In this document: positions 1 through 22,625 of the stretch, piece after piece
Layout of the letters: the number at the start of each line of letters is the position of its first letter
Numbering within the stretch: position 1 is the stretch's first letter
From: Macrostomum lignano
Lineage: Eukaryota
DNA: 64,000 bases
NCBI GenBank assembly: GCA_002269645.1
Contig: NIVC01001897.1
Location: forward strand, 175,979 to 239,978
Reading direction: 5' to 3'
Notes under the pieces: model-generated
What the model was told of the DNA's origin: nothing
Database searches by the model: none
The model's input: the letters and a program-made list of their open reading frames with translations, nothing else
Made by a program: the position numbers and the translations under genes

Positions 1-390
1 GAAGGAGAAATGGTAGACGAGAGAGGATAGAGGGAGAGAGGGGAGGGAGAGAGGATAGAAGAGAATGGGGTAGAGAGGGTAAAGAGGGAGAGAGTCGGGG
101 AGAGGGTAGAGGAAGAGAGGGTAGGGGAGAGAGGGTAGAGGAAGAAAGCGTAGGGGAGAGAGGGTAGGGGAGAGAGGGTAGTGGAGAGAGTAGGGGAGAG
201 AGTAGAGGAGAGAGAAGGGGAGAGAAGTAGGGAAGAGAGGGTAGGGGAGAAAGGGTAGGGCTGTAGGGGAGAGAGAGCAAGGGAGAGAGGGTACAGGAAG
301 AAAGTAAGGGAGAGAGAGTAGGGGAGAGAGGGTAGAGAGGGTAGAGGAAGAGAGGGTAGGAGAGAGAGGTTAGAGGAGGGTAGAGGAGAG
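1..390. repeat. GA-rich low-complexity purine tract
   Basis: Degenerate GGAGAGAGGGTAGAG-type units, almost pyrimidine-free. Confidence 0.85.
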
Positions 391-1020
391 TGCAGATCAG
401 GACGGTGCATCAGAAAACAAAGAACCAAAGCAGAAGAGTGCAGTATTTCGATGCGAGAGCAGTTAATTGGGTGCTGTTACAGACGATCGCTAAGCTAAAC
501 ATCAAGCTAAACATGAAATTAGACAGCCTTGTATTTTCGCCGTGTATCGGATATAAAAAAGTGCATCACGAAATCAATTATAATAGGACAGTTGAAACCA
601 AAGCGCGCAGTGAAGGTTATTATTAGGTATAATATAGAATATATAGATTTTTATAAAAATTCTGCAAGCGCATTCGTGCACATAAACTATAACCAATTGT
701 AAAAGCAGGAGCATTACAAGCTTTACATATTATGGAAAAGCAGGAAAAAGGCTTGCTTGAAGAAGTGTGTTACGCGGAGCAAATTTTGTCAGCGGAGTAC
801 GGAGAGTAAGTAAAAACTGTACTCTAGGACAGACCGGGGATGTATGAATTCGCAAAGTCTGTCACCAGCCTACTTGTAATGAGTAGCATAAATCAGTAAG
901 CGCAGGTTATTTTAGCGGAAATTTATTGGAAAATCTAGTTATACAGATTTCCTGTGGAGAATTTGTTTGTATAGGCTTGGTGAGAAGCGCAAATTTGATG
1001 GGAAAATGAAAAACGAGATT

Positions 1021-1021
1021 G

Positions 1022-1083
<62 letters not shown>

Positions 1084-1209
1084 GCAGACAGACAGACAGA
1101 CAGACAGACAGATAGATAGACAGATAGATAGACAGATAGATAGACACACAGACAGACAGACGGACAGACAGACAGACAGGCAGACAGACAGGCAGACAGA
1201 CAGACAGAC

Positions 1210-1254
<45 letters not shown>

Positions 1255-1365
1255 GGCAGACAGACAGACAGACAGACAGACAGATAGATAGACAGATAGA
1301 TAGACAGATAGATAGACACACAGACAGACAGACGGACAGACAGACAGACAGGCAGACAGACAGGC

Positions 1366-1404
<39 letters not shown>

Positions 1405-1495
1405 TAGACAGACAGATAGATAGACAGATAGATAGACAGACAGACAGACACACAGACAGACAGACAGACAGACAGAGAGATAGGCAAAGACAGAG
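1021..1495. repeat. (ACAG)n/(ATAG)n tetranucleotide microsatellite
   Basis: Directly visible; the source of the SVCL/QTDR pseudo-ORFs. Confidence 0.97.
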
Positions 1496-2157
1496 ACAAA
1501 GACCATGCCAGGAGCAGAAGAAGCAATGAAGCAATGCAATTATCACAACAGAAAGCCAAATAATTCTTGCTAATCAAAACTGGCATGAATAAAAAAATTC
1601 CGCTTCAAAATGAAAGTTCGCAAATTACAGAGAAAAAAGTGAAATCCTATTGCACTTTTAAACAACAGACGGACTCGAAGACCAGATTAATTAATTAAAA
1701 AAAGGTGGTTATTAAATCTGAGGTAATTTACAAACTATACAATTGACGATTGCAGTAATTAGTAAAACAGTAAAGACTCCTTCGATTAGAAGACATGTTA
1801 CTTCAGATTGAAAATATCAAATACGATGTGGTTGGGAATTTAAAATCGGCCAGACAGGCATTCAGTCAGCGAAACAGAAAGCTCATCGGATGTAAACAGG
1901 GACCACTAAGTAAGAAATATCAAGTTAGTAGAAGAAGGGTTGTACGCAATTATGCATAATTAATCAGGCAGTCAGTTACACACCGATTATTGGATAATTA
2001 AGTGCATGATCAGGGCGACAAGAATGAATTAAATTAAAATTTCGATTTTTTTCTTAAACATGGAACCGACCTTAAGGATTGGAATCCTAATTATACTAAC
2101 GACATCGGCCAATAAGACTCTGAATCCCAATGACGCATGTAGACTCCAAATTTTCAA

Positions 2158-2847
2158 ATAGGACTCAAAGAATTCCAATAGGACTCAAGAATCCCAATAG
2201 GACTCAAGAATCCCAATAGGACTCAAGAATCCAAATAGGACTCAAGGATCCCAATAGGACTCAAGAATCTTAATAGGACTCAAGAATCCAAATAGGACTC
2301 AAGAATCCCAATAGGACTCAAGAATCCCAATAGGACTCAAGAATCACAATAGGACTCAAGAATCCAAATAGGACTCAAGGATCCCAATAGGACTCAAGAA
2401 TCTTAATAGGACTCAAGAATCCAAATAGGACTCAAGAATCCCAATAGGACTCAAGAATCCCAATAGGACTCAAGAATCACAATAGGACTCAAGAATCCAA
2501 ATAGGACTCAAGAATCCCAATAGGACTCAAGAATCTTAATAGGACTCAAGAATCCCAATAGGACTCAAGAATCCCAATAGGACTCAAGAATCCCAATAGG
2601 ACTCAAGAATCCCAATAGGACTCAAGAATCCCAATAGGACTCAAGAATCTTAATAGCACTCAAGAATCCCAATAGGACTCAAGAATCTTAATAGGACTCA
2701 AGAATCGCAATAGGACCAAGAATCCCAATAGGACTCAAGAATCGCAATAGGACTCAAGAATCCCAATAGGACTTAAGAATCCCAATAGGACTCAAGAATC
2801 CCAATAGGACTCAAGAATCCCAATAGGACTCAAGAATCCCAATAAGA
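2158..2847. repeat. 19-bp minisatellite (TAGGACTCAAGAATCCCAA)n, about 36 copies
   Basis: Tandem units visible; begins about 110 bp downstream of the LRR-Ig gene stop codon. Confidence 0.95.
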
Positions 2848-2957
2848 CTGCCAATTTCCCAATAGGCCTCAATAATCCCAGTAATCCCAAAAGGTTGCAT
2901 AAAATCATTAAGCCAGGACAGGAACAGGAACCCCATGTAAATTATACATCAAGTTGC

Positions 2958-12228
<9,271 letters not shown>

Positions 12229-12447
12229 TTTATTTTGCTTGCTGATTTAGATTATTTGTCAAACAGCTGTTACCTTCAGGTCGACTCAGCTTCCTAAATA
12301 TGTCCAATAAAAGGTGGAACTCCTGCTTTGAAGTCTCTGCCTCGTGTCCTGTTTGAAGAAGGATTTGAAGTAAAAAATATTTCTTCATATCCTTGTAATC
12401 ATTAATTAACAGGTTGAAGCAAGCGTTTAAAAAATTAAAAATGAAGA

Positions 12448-12795
12448 TTCAAGCTTGTAATTCTGACTTGATTCAAGCTTGTAATTCTGACTTGATTCTA
12501 GCTTGTAATTCTGACTTGATTCTAGACTGAGATTCTGACTGATTCTAGCTTGTAATTCTGACTTGATTCTAGACTGAGATTCTGACTGATTCTAGCTTGT
12601 AATTCTGACTTGATTCTAGCTTGTAATTCTGACTGATTCTAGCTTGTAATTCTGACTTGATTCTAGACTGAGATTCTGACTGATTCTAGCTTGTAATTCT
12701 GACTTGATTCTAGCTTGTAATTCTGACTGATTCTAGCTTGTAATTCTGACTGATTATAGCTTGTAGTTCTGACTGATTATAGCTTGTAGTTCTGA
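12448..12795. repeat. 23/24-bp minisatellite (GATTCTAGCTTGTAATTCTGACTT)n upstream of the LRR-Ig gene
   Basis: Tandem units visible. Confidence 0.92.
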
Positions 12796-13329
12796 CCACT
12801 TCTAACGTGCAGATTCTGAATGGTATCCAGACACTTTTGCCTTATAATATGCAATTTCTGAAGTAGACAGGAGATGAGCTTGACATTCTACACTCTTATC
12901 AAATATCATAAAAGCTAGATTCTAAATTAGAATCGTGTTTCAACTAATTGTACATGTGCTCTACTGTAAACAGCACTTAGCTTAACTAAGCAAAATGTCT
13001 GACTGCACGAACTGGCGAACTCTCTAAAGTTTAAACTGAATCTGAACTGAAATGTTGACAACTGTTAGCTTGATATATCGCATATTTTGTAGAGAATATT
13101 CCAACTATTGAAATTGTATATTGAATATATAAGTGATCCTTTTACCTGTCTATATATTATATAATGAAGCTCATTTGTGCATTGCCTTTTATTACCAAAA
13201 GAAATCTTAAATGCATAAATTACATATTAGAAAATATAAACGTTTGCATTTATATGCAAATTACATTTACATTTACAATCATGTTATATAAGGAGGAAAG
13301 GAAACTTCATGAGGAAAGTAGTGAGTAAG

Positions 13330-15690
13330 AAATGAGAGAGTGTAGGAGAGTAGTGGAGAGGAAAGGAGAGGAGAGGAGAAGGGAGGAAAAGAGAGATGAG
13401 AGTCCAGAGGAAAGGAAAGGAGAGGAGAGGAGAAGAGAGGAGAGGAGAGGAAAGGAGAGTCCAGAGTAGAGGAGAGGCGAGGAAAGGACAAAGGAGAGGA
13501 GAGGAGATAAGAGGAGAGGAGAGGAGAGGAGAGGAGGAGAAGAGAGGAGAGGAGAGGAGAGGAGAGGAGGGGAGAAGAGAGGAGAGGAGAGGAGAGGAGA
13601 GGCGAGGAAAGGACAAAGGAGAGGAGAGGAGAGGAGAGGAGAGGAGAGGAGAGGAAAGGAAAGGAGAGGAGAGGAGGAGAGGGGAGGAGAGAAGAGGAGA
13701 GGAGAGGAGAGAGGAGAGAGGAGAGGAGAGGAGAGGAGAGGAGGAGAGAGGAGAGGAGAGGAGAGGAGAGGAGAGGAGAGGAGAGGAGAGGAGAGGAGAG
13801 GAGAGGAGAGAGGGGAGGAGAGGAGAGGAGAGGAGAGGAGAGGAGAGGAGAGGAGAGGAGAGGAGGGGAGAAGAGAGGAAGAGAGGAGGAGAGGAGAAGA
13901 AGGAGAGGAGAGGAGAGGAGAGGAGAGAGGAGAGGAGAGAGGGGAGGAGAGGAGAGGAGAGGAGATAAGAGAGAGGAGAGGAGAGGAGAAGAGAGGAGAG
14001 GAGAGGAGAGGAGAGGGGAGAAGAGAGGAGAGGAGAGGAGATGAGAGGCGAGGAAAGGACAAAGGAGAGGAGAGGAGAGAGAGGAAGAGGAGAGGAGAGG
14101 AGAGGAGAGGAAAGGAAGGAGAGGAGAGAGGAGAGGGGAGGAAGAGAGAGGAGAAGGAGAGGAGAGAGGAGAGAGGAGAGGAGAGGAGAGGAGAGGAGAG
14201 GAGAGGGAGAGGAGAGGAGAGGAGAGGAGAGAGGAGAGGAGAGGAGAGGAGAGGAGAGGAGAGGAGAAGGAGAGGAGAGGAGAGAGGGAGAGGAGAGGAG
14301 AGAGAGGAGAGGAGAGGAGAGGAGAGGAGAGAGAGGAGAGGAGAGGAGAGGAGAGGAGAGGAGAGGAGAGGAGAGGAGAGGAGAGGAGAGGAGAGGAGAG
14401 GAGAGGAGAGGAGAGGAGAGGAGAGGAGAGGAGAGGAGAGGAGAGGAGAGAGGAGAGGAGAGGAGAGGAGAGGAGAGGAGAGGAGAGGAGAGGAGAGGAG
14501 AGGAGAGGGAGAGAGGAAGAGAGAGGAGAGGAGAGGAGAGGAGAGGAGAGGAGAGGAGAGAGAGGAGAGGAGAGGAGAGGAGAGGAGAGGAGAGGAGAGG
14601 AGAGGAAGGAGAGGAGAGGAGAGGAGAGGAGGGAGAGGAGAGGAGAGGAGAGGAGAGGAGAGGAGAGGAGAGGAGAGGAGAGGAGAGGAGAGGAGAGGAG
14701 AGGAGAGGAGAGGAGAGGAGAGGAGAGGAGAGGAGAGGAGAGGAGAGGAGAGGAGAGGAGAGGAGAGGAGAGGAGAGGAGAGGAGAGGAGAGGAGATAAG
14801 AGGAGAGGAGAGGAGAGGAGGGGAGAAGAGAGGAGAGGAGAGGAGAGGAGAGGAGGGGAGAAGAGAGGAGAGGAGAGGAGAGGAGAGGAGAGGAGAGGGA
14901 GGAGAGGAGAGGAGAGGAGAGGAGAGGAGAGGAGAGGAGAGGAGAGGAGAGGAGAGGAGAGGAGAGGAGAGGAGAGGAGAGAGAGGAGAGGAGAGGAGAG
15001 GAGAGAGGAGAGGAGAGGAGAGGAGAGGAGAGAGAGGAGAGGAGAGGAGAGGAGGGGAGAAGAGAGGAGAGGAGAGGAGAGGAGAGGAGGGGAGAAGAGA
15101 GGAGAGGAGAGGAGAGAGGGGAGGAGAGGAGAGGAGAGGAGAGGAGAGGAGAGGAGAGAGAGAGGAGAGAGGAGAGGAGAGAGGGGAGAGAGGAGAGGAG
15201 AGGAGAGGAGAGAGGAGAGGAGAGAGGGAGGAGAGGAGAGGAGAGGAGAGGAGAGGAGAGGAGAGGAGAGAGGAGAGAGAGGAGAGGAGAGGAGAGGAGA
15301 TAAGAGGAGAGGAGAGGAGAGGAGGGGAGAAGAGAGGAGAGGAGAGGAGAGGAGAGGAGGGGAGAAGAGAGGAGAGGAGAGGAGAGAGGGAGGAGAGGAG
15401 AAGAGAGGAGAGGAGAGGAGAGGAGAGGAGAGAGGAGAGGAGAGAGGGAGGAGAGGAGAGGAGAGGAGAGGAGAGAGGAGAGGAGAGAGGGGAGGAGAGG
15501 AGAGGAGAGGAGAGGAGAGGAGAGGAGAGGAGAGAGGAGAGGGGAGAGGGGAGGAGAGAAGAGAGAGGAGAGAGGAGAAAAAGAAAGAGGAGAGGAGGTA
15601 GGGACAGAAAATGAGAGAGGTAGGGAGAGAAAAGGAGAGAGAGAGAGAGAGTAGAGAAGAGGAGAGGTAGAGAGAAAAGGAAATGGGAGT
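13330..15690. repeat. (AGAGG)n pentanucleotide polypurine satellite, about 2.4 kb
   Basis: Directly visible; the source of the SSPLL/RGEER pseudo-ORFs. Confidence 0.97.
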
Positions 15691-17900
15691 AGAGAAGAGG
15701 AGTACAAAAATTTTAACCGCTTTGAGTGTCGACTAAACCTGCAAGATACCGAAACTAGGCGTAGGATAATCTTTGAAGTACGACTTTTAAATTCGAGACA
15801 TTTTAAAATGACAGTCAGTATCAATCATAGTCTTCATAGACTCTTACTCTAGACCCTAGCCTTGCTAAGTAAGTAATAGTAACCAGAGCTCATATAGGGA
15901 ATTAGCCATTAGGCATAAACCAGTTTATAGGGTCTTACTTCTTATCAACATATGAACACGTCAATCATGCTTTATTAGCTTGCCTTAGTAAATAAGTTTA
16001 CTGATACACCATTTTGAGTGTCGTTTAAGTAAACAAGTGTGTTATAGTGTGCTTAATAATACACAGATAATTCGAAGAGAGAGTCCAATGTCACGAAATC
16101 CAATCCGAATTATATCGGATTGGCTTAAATTAACAATGAACTTACCGGGAGTAAGACAAACGAGGCAGAGCTCATCAATTTTGCGAGCAAGCACGGAAAT
16201 ATTCGCTTGTTTAAAAACTGAAAGCTCACTTACTACTTTCTTTGCTTGGCTTGTTCAATAAAGTCACAGTTTAGTGCAGTTCAAAGTATAATTACTGAAT
16301 TTAATGAGTTTTATAGTATTGTTAATATATCGTTTGGCTCTCCTCAAAATCAAGCCTTTGCAGCCTTTATTTCTAAACTAACTGAACTTAACAGCTGGAG
16401 GGGTCAGGGGCGTCTTTCCTTTTCATTCCCCCGTTGGCTGCTCTGCCGTTCTATGCGAGGGAGAGAGGCAGAGGCCCGCGGGAAGCTGTACAGTTGATTG
16501 TACATTGAACCTAATCTACTGTTTTAGGGGGAGGGAAAGAACCTTCCAACTGTTCCACTCAGATAGCCTGGTAGAGAGAGAGGGGGTAGAAATGATATGA
16601 GGGAAAGACGACTAAAATCACCCCTGTATCCCTGTATGTACATTAGGGCTTTTCAGCGGAAAACCTTTCTATCCTTTGGGCCAATGTACATAGGAACTGG
16701 GACGATCCAGTTTGACTTTCATTTCATTCCACTCCTCTTCTTTCTCTAGCTCTGATCAAATCATTTTCTTTCAGCGCGCCTATGCAGTGCGTTTGTTCAG
16801 GGACCCCTGAATAGTAGAAGGACCTACTAATTCAGGGGTCCGTGGTTTGTGCTTGTGTTTGTCAGACAGAAACGGGCACAGCAGGCCGCGTGTCCTCACT
16901 CATACAGTCATACCTCGTGTCATTACTGCCTCATTATCATTTATCATTACTCTTAGCAATGTCTAAGATTTGAAATTCAGTTCAATTCAAAGACTAAGTT
17001 AGAATCAATCTATCAATTGTTGAGGAACAAATTATTTTGTACTTGATTAGTTTGGACTCTTTTGAGTATTCTATCTGACGATCTGATTTATGAGTCTTCT
17101 GCCTGACCTACTCTAGAGTGATTATCATACTAAACCACGGAATAGATTGGAATGTTTTTTCGTAGATGCAGACCAAGGCATAGTAGATTTAGAATCTTAG
17201 ATTATTTCGCGTTTCCTGTCTAAATAAACTACAGCAGTCTCCTAGACCTTAGGAAAATGCATTTGTATTCGATCATCAGTCCACAACGCCATTTGTCAAA
17301 CCTTAAAGCAGGAAATTCCAGAATTTTTTTGCCAAACTCATCTGCGTATTAGTAATGAACAGTGGGTGCTACTATAAGTAGTAGGAATTGCGCATTGCAA
17401 TTCCTCTTTCATATCCCCTCTCTCCCCTCTCTCCTCTCTCCCCTCCTCTCACCTCTCCTCCTTCTCTCTTCTCTCTCTAGCCCTCAAGTTGGCGACCAAT
17501 GCTTCTAAATATAAAAAACCTGTTTAAAAATTTTCTATAAAAGTAAATAAAAAAGCTCTCATATGTGTACTGGAATGTGAACGGATTGAACGAGCGTAGC
17601 CATCTTTATTTTTCGACATATTTACTAACATAGAGACGTCTGCCAATGCATTGCTACGCAAAACAAATGAATTAGTTAATCCTTTCAGGACTATTACAAG
17701 AGTAAAACAAAAACATTAAAACCTATATAGGTAAATTCAGAACTATAAGAGAGTTCCCGCTGCGTAAATTGATCGTCAACAGACTGTTCGAGCATATTAG
17801 AGCTATGATTTTACTACTCAAAAATGCACAGTTCAAGATAAATAAATAAGCGACAAAAATAAGCAAATTTGAGCTTAAAGAAGAAAAAAGCAAATATTCA

Positions 17901-18877
17901 CTAGCAGAAGCATGGACAATCGTTGAAGTGATAGAGAAATTGAGAAAATACAACGCCAACGAAAGCCACTGCACAGAAAATATTGACCTGGAAATTGAAC
18001 AACACAATGGAAAAAACGGTGACAACAAGCATTGAGGTTAAAACTACAAATAATTTTAGAATGTTTGATCCAAATTTTATTAGCAAGCCCATTGATATGC
18101 CACCAAAGGCTTGACTAGAAACCAATACCCAAGTAGTCCAGTCAAAGCCTTGAAGAAAACTCGATTTGAATTTTTCATCGGCAGATTGATAGCAAAATAT
18201 TATCACGTTAATCGATATGCCGTAGATGTACAGAAGAGAGTTTTGAGCATGAACACTAACAGACTCCTGGCGCTTCATGACGTACTCTCATGTATAGACG
18301 CTTGCAAGACCGGAGATGGTGCAGTAGATCAGAATCATGCCTAATCCAACTGGTGTCACGTGCAGTCGAGCTTCGCTCAACGATTTCTCCATCAGGCCGC
18401 CTGCGCCGTTGGCAACTCCTGCAGCAAACAGAATTAGCAGGGCCAACCAATTTACTCTGCTAATATGCTCGCGCATAATGATTTGAAACAGTACAGCGGT
18501 GGTCAGGATCTTCAAATTGCTCAGAATCTGATAGCTCAAGGTGTCCATTTGTACGAGTAGTTGCAACAGCGCTCCCAAGTTGTTATTTACCGCGTAGAGA
18601 GTAGCCGATACTTTACCGTTGTATACCCGCTTGGCATCTCGATATTTTGGTTTACTTCGCACAGTTTTATACCCATGTCTATACGCAGTCACGCGCTCAC
18701 ACAATGAGCCTCAAATTTAGTATCTTTTGGGCACAGGTGCAGCAGCAGAGCGTAGGCGCTGTAACAAATCGTGCACAGAATGAAGAGTGCAACGATTGAC
18801 AAGCGATTGGCGGTGGTCAGCCTGGTCAACGACGACAACAGCTGGAGTTTGAACCGGCTCCCGCTCTGGCTTGGCAT
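17901..18877 (-). pseudogene. SLC35A4: SLC35A4-like nucleotide-sugar transporter, intronless, disrupted by a stop and frameshift near 18690-18620 and an in-frame TGA at 18290-18288
   Basis: Family motifs in three pieces: LFILCTICYSAYALLLHLC; SATLYAVNNNL...MDTLSYQILSNLKILTTAVLF...LHVTPVGLGMILIYCTISGLASVYT*; EYVMKRQES...QNSLLYIYG...FLQGFDWTTWVLVSSQAFGGISMGLLIKFGSNILKLFVV. The disruptions could also be assembly errors. Confidence 0.75.
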
Positions 18878-19304
18878 CGTGCATTGCGAAACTGAAATGA
18901 GTTGTTTAATGTCAAATTTCAAGCACGCCCGAAATTTTCGAGCTTGTAAAACGTCCGTCCTCTCTGCTTTTCTATTGCAAAAAGATTTGTTGACGTGTCT
19001 TTCGTCAAATGACGCGACTGATGTACAAAGTGACGAATATTTATACGTAAGGCTCAACATACACGTAATAAAGTTAAGTCAGCAACATGTAGCTAAATCC
19101 GGAGCTAACTATCGTACAAGAAGAGCTGCATAACAGCGAAATTTGAGTTCTAGGCCAAGGTAAATTGTGCTTCCAACGAGAGGCACACGATATTTGTCAA
19201 TATATTTAGTTTTTTTTTGACAGCTATTCAGCATAAACAACTGATTTTACGTGGTGTATATTATTGCATAACATTCAAACGCTAACTTCAATTCCGATTC
19301 CAGA

Positions 19305-19760
19305 AACCAACCCCAGACACCAACCCCAGACACCAACCCCAGACACCAACTCCTGACACCAACTCCTGACACCAACCCCAGACACCAACCCCAGACACCA
19401 ACTCCAGACACCAACTCCTGACACCAACTCCAGACACCAACTCCAGACACCAACTCCTGACACCAACTCCTGACACCAACTCCTGACACCAACCCCAGAC
19501 ACCAACCCCAGAAACCAACCCCAGACACCAACTACAGACACCAACCCCAGACACCAACCCCAGACACCAACCCCAGACACCAACCCCAGACACCAACTAC
19601 AGACACCAACCCCAGACACCAACTACAGACACCAACCCCAGACACCAACTACAGACACCAACCCCAGGCACCAACCCCAGACACCAACTACAGACACCAA
19701 CTAATGACACAAACTCCAGACACCAACTCCAGACACCAACCCCAGACACCAACTCCAGAC
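19305..19760. repeat. 13-bp minisatellite (AGACACCAACCCC)n
   Basis: Tandem units visible. Confidence 0.95.
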
Positions 19761-20501
19761 ATCTACCCCAAAAGCCAGCCCCAGCCATCAATGCAGATAC
19801 CAGCCCTAATTCAAGCATTTACCACACACTAAATGTAAATGTAGGTTTTATATGCGGCAAAAATTACTGTTCAAAAAAATTCCTACAAATCTGCATTTCT
19901 ACGCAGCAAAATTTCATAGAATTGACAAAAAAATATCTCTTTTTATCACGCTTCACAGAACCGGAACGATATGAAAAAATGTTTGCCCCAAAAAAACACA
20001 GAACGCGCCTAATGCTGTCTAAACAGCAGACTTTGAGGCTTATAGTCAAATGCTGATAACTGAGAAACCAATACCATTGCTGTCACGTTAAAGTCATTAT
20101 TTTTATGTAGACTATATACAAACATGTAGCGATCTATCATTCCCTACCAGTTCCTCTATTGACTTTAATAAATGGGAAAAATATGTTTAACTGCAGTCTA
20201 ATGCAACTTACTGCTGGTGAATCTGTAATTTGAGCTTCAACCTACCTCATACGGCCGAAATTTGTGAAAAAAAGTTTATTACGTGAAATATAAAAGTACT
20301 TACTTTATTCTGAGAATATCCTCTGTTCTGAGCTAATTTGTTCAATAAAAAATATGTAAATTTTTATTAACGATTAGCTTAATTAGGCAACAGAATTTCC
20401 CTGGGTCAAGATTGCTAACTACGAGTATGTCAGAGGTTCCCAGGCTGTAAGGGTGACAAGAAAGAAAGTTGCCAAGGGTTCCGTGGTTGTCAGATTTTTC
20501 A

Positions 20502-20879
20502 GGGGTGTCGGTCCAGTCAGGGGTGTCGGTCCAGTCAGGGGTGTCGGTCCAGTCAGGGGTGTCGGTCCAGTCAGGGGTGTCGGTCCAGTCAGGGGTGTCG
20601 GTCCAGTCAGGGGTGTCGGTCCAGTCAGAGGTGTCGGTCCAGTCAGGGGTGTCGGTCCAGTCAGGGGTGTCGGTCCAGTCAGGGGTGTCGGTCCAGTCAG
20701 GGGTGTCGGTCCAGTCAGGGTGTCGGTCCAGTCAGGGGTGTCGGTCCAGTCAGGGGTGTCGGTCCAGTCAGGGGTGTCGGTCCAGTCAGGGGTGTCGGTC
20801 CAGTCAGGGGTGTCGGTCCAGTCAGGGGTGTCGGTCCAGTCAGGGGTGTCGGTCCAGTCAGGGGTGTCAGGGGTGTCAG
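20502..20879. repeat. 18-bp minisatellite (GGGGTGTCGGTCCAGTCA)n, about 21 near-identical copies
   Basis: Tandem units visible. Confidence 0.96.
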
Positions 20880-21249
20880 GAAGTGCCAGTGCAATCTAGC
20901 ATAGGGCAGAGCATGCAAATTAAAGAATTAGATTTGCTTTACAATACCTGTAATAATTTCTTCTTCCAACGCAAGGAAATATTCAGCCGAATAAGCGGTG
21001 GTTTAATGGTCCAACATACATAAATATGTGCAACAATGTATCAATGAATGCACTGTGTGCAACATTCTACTATGTATATACATGCATGTAATATCAAACG
21101 TGGTCAAATTGATTTCGCGGGGAACTGCGAAGTAGTCGTCAAGCCGACCGACCTACTTCCAGGATTTGTGGCATTTTTTGTTCGCAATTATATAGGGCTG
21201 GTGGGGGCGGTTATGCCGCATGCACAGCACTGTGATAGTCAGTTCAATA

Positions 21250-21735
21250 CAGGGGCGTAGCCAGGAATTTTGATTGGGGGGGGGGCGTGAGTTAGGGGGC
21301 GCCAGCTTCTTATAGGGGGGGGGGCGCCAATTTCTTTTAGGGGGGGGCGCCAGTTTCTTTTAGGGGGACGCCAGTTTCTTTTAGGGGGCGCCAGTTTCTT
21401 TTAGGAGGGGGGCGCCAGTTTCTTTTAGGGGGCGCCAGTTTCTTTTAGGGGGCGCCAGTTTCTTTTAGGAGGGGGCGCCAGTTTCTTTTAGGGGGCGCCA
21501 GTTTCTTATAGGGGGCGCCATGCAGTTTCTTTTAGGAGGGGGCGCCACTTTCTTTTAGGGGGGCGCCAGTTTCTTATAGGGGGGCGCCAGTTTCTTTTAG
21601 GGGGGGGCCGCCAGTTTCTTTTAGGGGGGGGGGGCGCCAGTTTCTTTTAGGGGGAGGGGGCGCCAAAGCCAGAGTTGGTGATTATGGGGGGGGGGGCCCC
21701 GGCCCCCCTTGCCCCCCCCTCTGGCTACGCCCCTG
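21250..21735. mobile_element. Non-autonomous hAT-type MITE with an internal ~19-21-bp minisatellite
   Basis: Perfect 15-bp TIRs CAGGGGCGTAGCCAG (21250-21264) and CTGGCTACGCCCCTG (21721-21735); 8-bp TSD GTTCAATA/GTTTAATA (1 mismatch); interior is (GGGGCGCCAGTTTCTTTTA)n. Confidence 0.85.
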
Positions 21736-22625
21736 GTTTAATACTATACTATAGTAGTATTAGTATTATCATCACAATATACTAAGTTTGCAGCCCAACA
21801 AAGTCTGCGAGACATTAGCGGCAAAAAGTCTGACATAAAGGGACTCCTTAGACAGAAGCATTCTTGGATTGGAAAGAAAATATTCTTAGCTTTGACTGCA
21901 ACAGAAATTTCAATACCGTGGCATGGACATCTGGAGCAGAAGGACGCTGTGCACTTTCAAATTGTTTAAATTGTGCTAATAAACTGAAAACTTCCCATCT
22001 AGCTAATGCATTTTGCAGCGACTTGTGGCCGCCTGAATTTGCGTCACGACAACGTCCTAATATATAGAAAAATTTGCCAATCAAGTCACTGCATTTCTAT
22101 CCAGAAATCCATGGCTAAACTAATCAATCTTTCATACAAATATAAAACGCAAATGACGTTGTTATACTAGTGCACTTTAAGGAGCAACAGAAGCAATTAG
22201 AAGCAATTAACGAACTCTTACCAGTTGGAAATTTTATGCAAAGTCGTTTGTAACATTTAAAATTACGATCTCCATTTTAAAAATTACCATAGACTATTTA
22301 AAACCAGTACTTTGGTTTTTAAACAAAGAGAAGGAATTCTGTGGTACTGGTAAGCTAGACAACGGAGATAAAAGTTCCAGTTCGAATGCAGTCTGCCAGT
22401 TTGAAAAAGATAGTAGAGTACCCCCTCCCCTTATCACGGCGAAATCAGCGGTATCGCGACACTTGTGCGATACGGGATGTTGAGCCCAGTTAAGTCTAAC
22501 ACAAGGATTAAAGAGCCGAACCTCAAATGCAGTTAAATGCAGTCCTTTTAGCCTCCAGACTCAGTTCAAAGGGTATATAGAATTGGCGTGCGAATTGCAT
22601 TTTTTTGAAAATGGGTATTGCCTTC

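Noticed and set aside
907-1586. SVCL/QTDR-type ORFs here and at 5143, 46963, 55727-57101; also SSPLL, GIWDL, SIYL, VSLPLL and similar ORFs elsewhere
   Set aside because: All are microsatellite or minisatellite translations
18288-18290. In-frame TGA as selenocysteine or programmed readthrough
   Set aside because: It is an extra codon at a non-Cys position, a second frameshift lesion exists, and I could not recognise a SECIS
20880-22090. Possible transposase remnants in short ORFs
   Set aside because: No convincing motif could be assembled in any frame
22410-22490. pogo/Tigger-like TIR and small hairpin (GTATCGC...GCGATAC)
   Set aside because: No partner TIR or TA TSD; the stem is too short to support a call
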